Origin: Octopus bimaculoides
Lineage: Eukaryota
Assembly: GCF_001194135.2 (NCBI RefSeq)
Contig: NC_069003.1
Coordinates: forward strand, 104,760-148,192
Reading direction: 5' to 3'
DNA length: 43,433 bases
Below are positions 1 to 11,655 of this stretch, in pieces. Made by a program: the position numbers and the translations under genes. Position 1 is the stretch's first letter. Each line of letters starts with the position of its first letter. Under the pieces are notes generated by a model. The model worked only from the letters and a program-made list of their open reading frames with translations. It was not told the origin of the DNA and ran no database searches.

Positions 1-400
1 GATATTATCTAAAATTGTTTTTGGCTTTTCTTAGCCATTTTTTTTGGTTTTGAGACTTGGAGTCTTCGAAGCCAATTTTGCAGACGATCTCAGAACGAAA
101 ACCGGTCTCCATAGCAACTCTCTTTGCGACGTTGATTTCATTACCCTCCCTTCACCACGGCTTCACGAAGGAAGGAAGACGGGGAGAGGTGTCACACAAA
201 CAGGTGCAAGTGTACACGTGAACGCTAACACCGTTGCCACCAGCAACAACAGCGATATCGTCGCAAAGGCTTCGGACCTTAAAGAGAAACGCCACCACCA
301 CCACCACCACCACAAATTTCGCTGAAGCGATTTAAGACAGAAAAGAAAGTTTCTTAACTTTCACTGCCCAACAAATAAAAGACACGGTTTAAACTATAGT

Positions 401-663
401 AGACAGACAGACAGATAGATAGATAGACAGACAGACAGATAGTTATATAGATGGATGGATAGATAGATAGATAGATGGATAGATAGACAGACAGACAGAT
501 GGATAGATAGACAGACAGACAGACGGATAGATAGATAGACAGACAGATAAATAGATAGATAGACAGACAGATAAATAGATAGATAGATAGACATACAGAC
601 AGATAGATAGATAGATAGGGAAATAGATAGATAGATAGGCAGATAGATGGGTGGATGGATAGA
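401..663. repeat. (GATA/GACA)n compound tetranucleotide microsatellite
   Basis: Directly visible. Explains the spurious ORFs 354-767 and 394-684. Confidence 0.97.
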
Positions 664-715
664 TAACGTTCTTTTATTAGCCACACAGGGCTGTACACAG
701 AGGGGACAAATACAA

Positions 716-900
716 TTACTCTTTTACTTGTTTCAGTCATTTGACTGCGGCCATGCTGGAGCACCACCTTTAGTCGAGAAATTCGACCCCAGGACTTATT
801 CTTTGTAAGCCTTGTACTTATTCCATCGGTCTCTTTTGCCGAACCACCAAGTTACGGGGACGTAAACACACCAGCATCGGTTGTCAAGCGATGTTGGGGG
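716..900 (+). mobile_element. SINE family B copy (related copies ~33860-33990 and ~42560-42745)
   Basis: ttttacttgtttcagtcatt..gcggccatgctggagcacc..ggtctcttttgccgaacc..aagttacggggacgtaaacacacc recurs in diverged form at 42560-42745. Confidence 0.8.
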
Positions 901-972
901 AACAAACATATACACACACATACATATATATATACATATATACGATGGGCTTCTTTCATTTCCGTCCACCAA

Positions 973-1712
973 NNNNNNNNNNNNNNNNNNNNNNNNNNNN
1001 NNNNNNNNNNNNNNNNNNNNNNNNNNNNNNNNNNNNNNNNNNNNNNNNNNNNNNNNNNNNNNNNNNNNNNNNNNNNNNNNNNNNNNNNNNNNNNNNNNNN
1101 NNNNNNNNNNNNNNNNNNNNNNNNNNNNNNNNNNNNNNNNNNNNNNNNNNNNNNNNNNNNNNNNNNNNNNNNNNNNNNNNNNNNNNNNNNNNNNNNNNNN
1201 NNNNNNNNNNNNNNNNNNNNNNNNNNNNNNNNNNNNNNNNNNNNNNNNNNNNNNNNNNNNNNNNNNNNNNNNNNNNNNNNNNNNNNNNNNNNNNNNNNNN
1301 NNNNNNNNNNNNNNNNNNNNNNNNNNNNNNNNNNNNNNNNNNNNNNNNNNNNNNNNNNNNNNNNNNNNNNNNNNNNNNNNNNNNNNNNNNNNNNNNNNNN
1401 NNNNNNNNNNNNNNNNNNNNNNNNNNNNNNNNNNNNNNNNNNNNNNNNNNNNNNNNNNNNNNNNNNNNNNNNNNNNNNNNNNNNNNNNNNNNNNNNNNNN
1501 NNNNNNNNNNNNNNNNNNNNNNNNNNNNNNNNNNNNNNNNNNNNNNNNNNNNNNNNNNNNNNNNNNNNNNNNNNNNNNNNNNNNNNNNNNNNNNNNNNNN
1601 NNNNNNNNNNNNNNNNNNNNNNNNNNNNNNNNNNNNNNNNNNNNNNNNNNNNNNNNNNNNNNNNNNNNNNNNNNNNNNNNNNNNNNNNNNNNNNNNNNNN
1701 NNNNNNNNNNNN
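973..1712. other. Assembly gap (Ns); further gaps at 12223-12232 and ~23473-23609
   Basis: Runs of N. All X-filled ORFs spanning them are artefacts. Confidence 0.99.
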
Positions 1713-1744
1713 ATATATATATATATATATATATACACGTAAAA

Positions 1745-1980
1745 TACACCATTTTGAGAGTGGCCATTGCCAGTACCACCTGACTGGCCCTTGTGCCAGT
1801 GGCACGTAAAAGCACCCACTACAGTCTCGAAATGGTTGGCGTTAGGAAGGGCATGCAGCTGTAGAAACTCTGCCAAATCAGATTGGAGCCTGGTGTAGCC
1901 ATCTGGTTTGCCAGTCCTCAAGTCAAACTGTCCAACCCATACAAGCATGGAAGGTGGACGTTAAACGATGATGATGATCA
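1745..1980 (+). mobile_element. SINE family A copy ending in (GAT)n tail
   Basis: gtgccagtggcacgtaaaagcacccactac..ggttggcgttaggaagggcatgcagctgtagaaac..ccaacccatac.agcatgga..gacgttaaacgatgatgatg. The same motif string recurs at many loci in the window. Confidence 0.85.
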
Positions 1981-2499
1981 CACACACACACACACAAATT
2001 TTACACATATATGTAAGTATATATCCTTCAAGAAAGAAACTATAAACATAGGCAAGGAAGTTGAGAAACTGGTGCTCTTCAAAGGAAGCCCTTTTCAATA
2101 TTTCTGCTGTACTAAATTACAGACTCTGCTAATTATTCATAAAAATGAATGATTAAATAATCAGTGTTTAGATAATCCCAGGTAGAGCTGTGATTAAGTA
2201 ATCCTAAAGTTAAAATCATTTGTCTCCTACCCATCAGGTTTTTGGCTTTCTTCATACACAGCAATACATCACCTAAATGTATTCTTATTTTAAACCGATA
2301 TTCTTTCATTCTTTCCCTGATTTTAATCAATGAACAACCCTGGTTATGCCGAAGCATCACTTTCTAGGGTTAAGTCAATTCTATCAAACCCACCCTCCAA
2401 TACTTATTTCTAACGAATGGCATTTACTTATCATCCTACGAAGGACGAAGGCTAAGTGGAGAGGATCTGAGCTGAAGAGACTTTCCCAGTCCTACCATT

Positions 2500-2830
2500 A
2501 TTCACCAGCTGTCTCGGGCGAATGGAGTGAGTTTATGCTGTCATTTCTAGTCGCTTCATCAACTTTGTGTTCCTGCATTGACTTTTGGCAACAACTCATT
2601 CCTGATTGAGCAGACCTCTGATGATCGGAGACACTCCAATAATGAATATCCCACCTTTTTAAGGGTATGCAGGACTGCATTGTGTAATGTGTCTTTTCTC
2701 TTTTCTAAATAGCAGGGTGTAATTTGAAGGACACTCAGTTGGCTGCTGTATGTAGTAGGTCAAGTGACCATATAGAGGCGACCTTGTTGACTTCAGTTTT
2801 ACAATGTTGTTGTTATCTCAAAATTCCTGA
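2500..2830 (-). mobile_element. Probable interspersed repeat fragment (related piece ~28370-28460)
   Basis: The minus strand has ctctatatggtcacttgacc..cagccaa..caaattacaccct and gatcatcagaggtctgctcaatcagg, resembling gtgtgctggatcagggccagcctggggtcgaaacaac at 28415-28450. Boundaries are uncertain. Confidence 0.45.
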
Positions 2831-3206
2831 TCAATCCTAATCAAGCATGCCTACCATTGAAGACATTCAAGCCGTAACTATTCTATCATTTTGCCAGACA
2901 GAGTGGATCTCTAAGTACAGCATCCAACGTGTCCTATTTATTTTAAGATGATAGAATTTGATTTGAGGGAGATTTGTCTATTATTTGTAGCAAGTTGAGC
3001 AACCACATAAATACTTTATATCTACTGATGCTATAATACTAAAACTAACTAACTCCTCTTGAAGGGCAAACAGTTAGAAGTTTCCTCCAAACTGTAAAAT
3101 GACACAGAAATTCACATCAAATAACAGAATAACAGTGAAAAATGGAAAATACAATGGCATGTGGACTGAACCCAACCAGAATTATGAAACAAAAATGTGT
3201 AATTAC

Positions 3207-5114
3207 CTCTGCATGAGGAAAAGGGGGCTCAGGAAGGTAAACCTTATTTTGTTTGGCAGTAGATAACCTTAAAAATAATGATAAATAAATGAGAAATATT
3301 TTATAGAGAATTATGGTGGAAATTAAAAGACAATACAGTTAGAATTAATTTTGTAAAAAAAAAAACAAATATAGAGCCAACAAGCAACAGCAAAATATTT
3401 GACAGTGTTGCTTATCTGAGTAAAAAAGTCATTTTCTGCTCAAAGATGAAAATATTCTCAATTGCAAATTAAAACTAACTTCATTTTGCCAATTTGAGAA
3501 ATTTAAAACAGATCAAGTAAAGATTAAAGTCACTTCCTTTGAGGTTATAAAATTGTTCATTATGTTAGTATATAAGCCACTATTAACTTTTCTAGAGATA
3601 AAATATTTATTTGAGATTTACTTCTATCTTTCAGTTTGGTCTCTCATTGTCATCAAGTTTTGTTAATGAACGTCTACATACTTCAGACAGAATTTCAACA
3701 AAGAACCTTTATTTCTACAGTATAGGTAGTAATGCTCTTTTCCACAATTAATACAATTAATGTTACTTTTTTTTTTAGCTTATTTAAATTTATTTTACAA
3801 TAAAGACAGTCATACATAACTGAAGTCCATGCTGGGCTTATTGATTGGGTTATCAAACCAGTTAAAACATAGCATGGGTCTAAATATTAAAAAAAATGTA
3901 TCATCTCGGGGTGCAACATGTAGAGCTCAAACCACCATGCAGGCACTCCTTTGTTAGCTTATGTATATGTAGGTGTGTATTTACACCTGTGAATCATTCT
4001 TTCACTAAAACTTTGCACAACTTTTCATTCTATCTGAATTTTTATAAATTTATTATAAATTTTTAAACACAGAATTTATAATGACCACGTAGAGTTCAAA
4101 AAATGATAACCTTATTGACAATTCGGCAGCCTATATACATGTGTGTGGATGTCTCTTGTCTTAATATCACATGATTTTTCTAAATGTCATTCATTTCCTG
4201 TCTTCTGTGAAAAACACACCTAGCCATGGACAAGTTTGGAAACAAGTGAAGGCAGGCAACAGAAAGGCATCCAGCCACAGAAGCTCCACCTCAACAAATT
4301 CCATCTGTCACAGGCAAGCATGGAAAAATAGATGTTAAAAACAATGAAAGGGAGGTAATGCAGTTCCTGCTGTTTATTTTACCCAATGTCTACCTACAAG
4401 TCCTTGAAAGAAAATATGGCAGGACCCAAACTTAAAGACTGAGAGGGACCATACTACAAGTGATTTAGTTCAATATGCAAACTGCCACAGTTAATTCTCA
4501 CAGCTCTTGATTTGAAAATTAACAAAGAATAATGAATGAAACCAGAAAGAACTACTTACCATTCAGAGAAAATATTGGCATATGCTAGAGTACTATCAGA
4601 TACTGGTGAGAGGAAATACATGGGGACTTGTCCCATTGCACAACTGTCCAAGTGCCCAGATAGACACTCAAAGAGATCATATGTAATTCCAGAAGGATAA
4701 CAGGGAACCAAGACATTTCCACCATTCTTCACTGTCAGTGCTGTATACAAAGCGAGAAAGAAGGAAAAATCTGTCTGAATGAGTTCCGTCTGCCCCATGC
4801 AAGCATGGAAATGTGGATGTTAACAGTGCTGATGATATATGCACACACACACACACACACACACGTATACACATACACAAGAGTAACTCACAACATGACA
4901 ATAATAAAACAGACCTGCTTTTAAACAAAACTCTCCGATCATAGCATCAGGGTTGGCAAGGGGTCTTTGAGATAAACAGCTAAGAATGAGAACATCAGCA
5001 TTCTTCAGAGGCCCAGTTTCCATCGGCTGAAAAATAGGAAAAAATGAAAACGAGATCAATCATAATCATTATCGAGTTTTTTTCTCTTCATGCATGTGTA
5101 TATTTGTGTTTACA

Positions 5115-5155
<41 letters not shown>

Positions 5156-5273
5156 ATGGAGTGGTGGTGCACTAGTGTGAGTGTGGATTTCAATTTACAT
5201 GTAAAACCAGATAGTTTTAATTGACCATGACTACTAGCATCTACAGAATTGTGTGTGTGTGTGCATGCATGCA

Positions 5274-5356
<83 letters not shown>

Positions 5357-7686
5357 CATTGACTGAAACAAACTCACGAACATTTAACTGTAATATTGGA
5401 TCTTTTCAAAGTTTATTGGAATATACTTGTCAACACATGTGCATAGAATACATTTCTCACAGTCACAGACAAAAGAGTTCTCATGTTTGCTTGTTACTAT
5501 GGAAACAGGCATGAATGTGTCTGTGACTTGGCTAAAATTACCCAAATTTTTCAAACTTTAAAAGCTAATAACTCTTTATTTATTGATTTATTGCAAAAAT
5601 GAATTTCAAAGCAGTGATTAGCATATCATTACACCAAATACGAAATCAATTCGAGCAGGAATTGAACAGATTGAAAATTGGCAGCCAGACAGAAAAGATC
5701 CTATTTCATTTTCTTTTTTAACTCCAGTTGGAATTATTAGAATAAAAACCATTGATTGTTTTCATGGTAATATTAAAAGCTGTTCAACTTACTTTAGGGT
5801 GAGTTGTTAGGGTAGACGTACCAGCAATGTATACAATCTGTAAGTCAAACACAAAGAGAACAATTTAAAAAGGAACATCAAAATTTTAGGGTTTAATGTC
5901 TGTTGTGAATTAGATGAGTCAAAAAAGATTAAGTTTCCTACTGAATTAGTTGTAGTCAAAAATGGAGACACTGAACTAAATCAAAACATGCAAAGTATAA
6001 ATAGAAAAAAAAAGCAGATATTGAGCTACATATAATCCTGGTCTCTATACATGGCTTCTATGGCAACAGACAATAGCATATGATATATTTTGATGAATAA
6101 ATGCTTTTCTGATATAATTGGATTGAACTATTAATTAAAATTTGAAATACAAAAAAACTTCTGACTGAACCTGGTACACACACACACACACATATACAAA
6201 TACGTACACACACACACATATATACAAATACGTACACACACACACACACATATGCAAATACGTACACACACACACACATATGCAAATACGTACACACACA
6301 CACATATCTTTTGACAAGAAATTGACAAGAAAATCAAGAAATTGGTGCTTGAAAACAACAATGTCTTGTGATATTGTTCTATATGAGATCTTATTAGTTT
6401 CACCATTGTAAATCCAGTGAACTAGTGATGACCCCATTGCAGTTTTGTTCACAAAATGCTATAAAAAAATTAAATAAGTAAAATAAGGATTATAATGAAT
6501 GAACTTACTTTCTCATACTGTGAAGAAATTACCCAGTTGCTACTGCCAAGACATACACCCGAGCTTGTGGCCATGGCATCTAAGGCACCAAAAAATTCCT
6601 AATTTAAAGACACATTAAGAAACATTAATAAATAATTGCTTCCAACAAAAGCAGAAGACTGGAAATTTGAGAAGCTGATTCCAGTATTTGACTGATAGTT
6701 TATTTTATTAAACCAAGAAAGATGAAAGACAAAGCCAATGGGTCACATTATGAAAGGTAAATTGCCACAAGCAAGATATTTTATCAAATGTTCTAATTAT
6801 TTTGTCAATCCATAGCTCCAAAAATAATTATATATCTCTTTCAGATCCAAATCTCAGAGGTTTTCAGATATTGCATCCTCTATGCTCTAATTTATAAAGA
6901 CTTAGGCAAAAGACCTTGATTTTAAGAGAAGGGAGTTGGTTGATACCACTAATCCCAATAACTAACAGGTACTCCATGTTGCTGCACCTTTTGTGTATCC
7001 AGAGCTTACACTGGGTGCATCTTATGGAGTTTCTACCTATGTCTTTTCTACAGATTGAGCAGGGCCATCCTACCTGAAGGGATTTGTGATTTGTCTACCT
7101 TCCTACTAACTATGACTTTGGTTTTTGCTAGGTTAACTCTAAGGCCCTTCAATTCTAGACCTTGCTTCCATACCTGGAACTTCTTCTTTAGTTCAGGTAA
7201 TGATTCAGCTATAAGAACAAGGTCATCAGCATAGAGGAGCAGCCTGTCTTAAATTCCTCTGTTACTGCTTAGAGGACTATGATGAACAGGAAGGGGTTGA
7301 GCACCAATCCTTGGTAAACCCCTACTTGTACCCTGAATTCTTTGTTGTACTTGTTGTCCACCCTCACCTTACCAGTAGCATCCTTGTACAAGGCTTGCAC
7401 AGCTCTCGTCTATCCCTAGTTTCCGCATTGACCACTAGACAAGGGATCAGGGGACTTTGTCAAAAGCTTTTTCCAAGTCAACAAAACCCAGGTACAGAGG
7501 TTTATCATTGGCTTTGTATTTCTCTTGCAGCTGCCTTACCAGAAATATAGCATCAGTGGTGCTTCTACCTGGCACAAACCCAAACTGCATCTCATCTAGA
7601 CTAATTCTCTCCTTAATTAGTTAGGCCATGACGCTCTTTGTAACTTTCACCACCTGATCCAACAACTTGATACCTATGTAATTATT

Positions 7687-7720
<34 letters not shown>

Positions 7721-8022
7721 CAAAGACCCATCAAGCCAAGTGAAATTGTAGTCGTGGCCGATACTGACATCAAGTAGCTTGCAACCATGCCGGTGGCACG
7801 TAAAAAGCACCATTCAAGCATTGGGCCTCATGGAGGCAATGTGCTGGTAACACATAAAAGTACCCATTACACTCTCAGAGTGGTTGGCATTAGGAAGAGC
7901 ATCCAGCTTTAGAAACCCTACCAAGTCAGACTGGAGTCTAGCGCAGCTCCACAGCTTATCAGCCCTGGTCAAACCGTCCACCCCATACCAGCATGGACAA
8001 TGGACGTTATATGATGATGATG

Positions 8023-8057
<35 letters not shown>

Positions 8058-8060
8058 TAC

Positions 8061-8109
<49 letters not shown>

Positions 8110-11100
8110 GTTTCTCGCAATGTTTTTTCCTCACCAGTTTTTCATTAAAACCAATAACTTGTACATGTGCAAGGCAGGAGTTGATATCATCAAATGTATA
8201 ACATTTCTTCCAGGTAGACGGATGTACAGCATCACATACTGGAGGTGGTAGTGTTCTAGAAAAGCCAAAAAAGAGAAAAATTATCAGTTATGCTTGTTTT
8301 TATTTTGCCTTCAGTAGGAACTGATCAAGCAGGCATAAAATCAAGTGTTTCCATGACCATCCCATGAAGAGTCTATTTCCTATTTCAAACTGATGATTTT
8401 AATATTCAATATAATTTTCCTTTTCAAAAGCACACTTCACATCTCCCTATTTCTTATCTGTTTACAGTTCTATTATACTGTTTCTAATCATTAATTCTAT
8501 TATTCCAACAGAGTTATTATCGAATGATGAATAAGATTTACTTAATAAGGTCTTCCGATTTCCATTTGGCAGAAACTCTTGATTTAGAAAAACGTTCAAC
8601 ATACGTCACCAACTCTTCCATATATTGTCTATGGGGAAAAAAGAAAAAAAAAATATCAGAAATAAATATTATATTACTGAAATGTAATTTTGAAGAAAGC
8701 AAAAAATAATAATCATAAAAATCCTACCATCATGTTGTAAACAAAACATTAGAAAACCCAACATTTTTCTCATCTATTAATAGGGAAAAAAATACATTTG
8801 TCCATTTTGTGGTCTTATTTCTATTGAAGTAGTGTGTCTGTTTGTTTCAGTTAATAAGATAAACTATGAATATATTTGTGTTTCACCCTTTCCCTTCACA
8901 CCAGTCTCAAAGGTTTTGTAACAATCACAGGTGACACCTGACAAAGCCATAACCCCACCACCACCAGCATTTGTGACTTACAAAATTCGTCCCTAATACT
9001 TAACCCAACAACTGCTCATTTGCAAAAGTTAGTCTTCAGGTTATTTTCATTTCTAAATACAACTGGAAGTTGACCTTTTTTTACATCATTGAATATTAAG
9101 GTTTCAAGGGTGTTGTCTATGCTCTCAACACAGAATAATAGTAGAGACAACGGCCTTGATGTCAAATATAGTCAGTTAATAAATATCATAGTAACTGGAA
9201 GGAGAAAATGTTATGTCTTTTTTGTCAGAAGGGAAGTTAGGAGCAATTACCCTGGCAGGGTTTCTGAGACTTGTGGGGTGGAAGGAAGAAATGAAATGCA
9301 AACTAAAAGCTTGACCATAATGTTTGCAACAGAGGGGACTCCATTAAAAGTAGGCAAGGTGCCACATGGTAGTGTTAAACAAGACCACTAACGCAGCATT
9401 ACCGAGTAAACCACAGCAGGATTAGAACTCGGAATGCAAAGAACCAGAACAAATGCCATAAAGCCTCTGGTCTGCCATTCTACGGCCGAGGATCGGTACT
9501 TTTCTTACTGACCCTAAAAGGATGAAAGGCAAAGTTCACTTCAACAGGATTCCAAATAAACAATGAGAGGCTTTCGATTTGACATAATGGCTGAAAGTGT
9601 TACTATATTAATTATATTTGAAAACAAGCAAAATTAAAACAATACAGAGCATCCAATTCTACAATTTACACACTTGGCAACTATTTCTAACAGATCAAGT
9701 AGCCTCATAGACAATCTATGTCATTGGCTGAGTAAAAAAGGGGTAGACTTGTGCCAACAACAACAAAAAACAATAATGATAATAATCTTCTATATTCTCT
9801 GTTTCCATAAGAGGACTGTCTACATAATGATATATGAGATGTTCCCTCAACACAGGCCCATCCACTTTGCCTACTGGTGACTATGTAGGCTAAGGCCAGC
9901 AGCCTCATTAAATCTGACTAGGGTTCCAGCTCTATTAAATCATAGAGCTGGAACCCTGTGAAATGTGCATGTCTCTCAAAAATCCTCCAATCTAATAAGG
10001 TTGTGTAACTTGATTTTTATGATTCAATATTTGTAAAAGTTATCCAATTTGTAATCAAGTAGGAAATAAAGGTAAAAACATTCAGAAATGAAATATGTGT
10101 GCAATGTACAAGAAGAAGGAAAAAAAAAGAAGTGAAGTTGGTACCTTCCTATCTGTACAGTTGGGTCGGTAGCGTAAACAACACCCTTGAAACCAGAATA
10201 TTCTGTGATGTAAGGAAGAGCCAACATGCAAGTGTAGTTAGAGATGAGGATAACATCAACCTGTGACAAATTAACCATACGGGTCTGAAAATTAGAGAAA
10301 TCAAATATCAAAATTACAATCATCATCTATCAACACCATTAAAGGGGAGGGTTTCATGTTAAATTGATTAGATGAGTCTCCTACACAATATCTCACCATT
10401 TAGTTGAACTTATTGTCTCATTTCATTTAAATTGCAACCATTTATCAGTTCAAAAATGAGTAAGAGGCAATACATAAAGGGGTACTTTTCATGTAATGCA
10501 TTTAGAGCAGAAGTTCCCAGCTATGTTACCATCATACCCCATTTTTTTAATCGATCTACATCCAGTTTTTTTTCTTTAATATTTAGACAATAAAAATAAA
10601 TATATTCAAGGCAATACTAAATAGGTTTCATATAATTTTGGAAGTTATCTGGAGAAAATATCCCTCAGTTGTTGTTTGAAGTAAATGTATTGTGGCATTT
10701 ATTATGTTTATTGTCAGTTGTGTAACATATTCATGAATATTTTTCATTCAATCAAATATTTCAAAGCTAAAAAAAACTGGTCTTTGCAACCCTTTCAGAA
10801 CTTAAGAACAAACCAATTTTGGTTACAACCTACTGGTTGAGAATATTAATCTCAGGCAACCAATTTGAGAGAGACCATCCCACTTAGGAGCATTTGAACT
10901 TAGCTTCTTCTGTTGATTTGTGTCACATAAGATATCTCAACTAAAGTATATAACACATCCTTTTTAAAGTGAAATGTTACTGAGTTTAATAAATTAAAAA
11001 AACAAGATTATTTCTACACAAGCATATTAATTACCTCTGGAGGCAGAAATTCCAAAGTGCCATCAACAAATACACGACCACCACATTCCTTTAGTTCTTT

Positions 11101-11590
11101 AGTCTGGAGGAAGGAAAAAAAAAAATTAGAGGAAAGATCATTTACATAAGATTAGAATTCAAAGCTAATAAAGGAAAACTTGAATAAAATTTGAGAATTC
11201 ATCACTTTTAAAACATTCTTTATACTTGAGTGCCTTTGCTGTTGTCGACACCACATTTGTTCCTTGGTTGACATTCTGCCACTTCTTCTGACTAATCTCC
11301 TGTAGTCCAGCATCCTGAAAACAGCTTTTGCCAGTTTTCCCCATGGCTTCCTTTTTCCTCTGATCACTTCAGCAATCCTTTCACCACCCAACTGCCATCC
11401 AACTTAGTGCAGGCTTCTCTCTTGATCACAATCTCTGATTTCTTTCGTTACCAGTTTTTCTTTCAGATCATTTTTACTGCTCATGCATGCCAACATAACA
11501 CATCCAGCAATACAAGTTCACCTCATTTTTTGCACATCTTCCAAATCCAATACTCATTTTTTGCTAATATTTACTTTCATTTACATAATT

Positions 11591-11655
<65 letters not shown>

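Noticed and set aside
354-767. ORFs rich in LSIY/LSVC repeats
   Set aside because: Translation of the (GATA/GACA)n microsatellite.
796-1948. Long ORFs of 283-339 aa in the track
   Set aside because: They consist almost entirely of X from the N gap, plus SINE and microsatellite flanks.
6310-6452. [27 protein letters not shown]... in an INTS9 intron, considered as an alternative exon
   Set aside because: No similarity to INTS9, which is fully accounted for by the flanking exons 6598-6509 and 5837-5793; the frame runs into a minisatellite.
9089-9391. 100-aa plus-strand ORF
   Set aside because: Antisense in an INTS9 intron, near-cognate start, no motif, and its 3' end overlaps SINE-like sequence.
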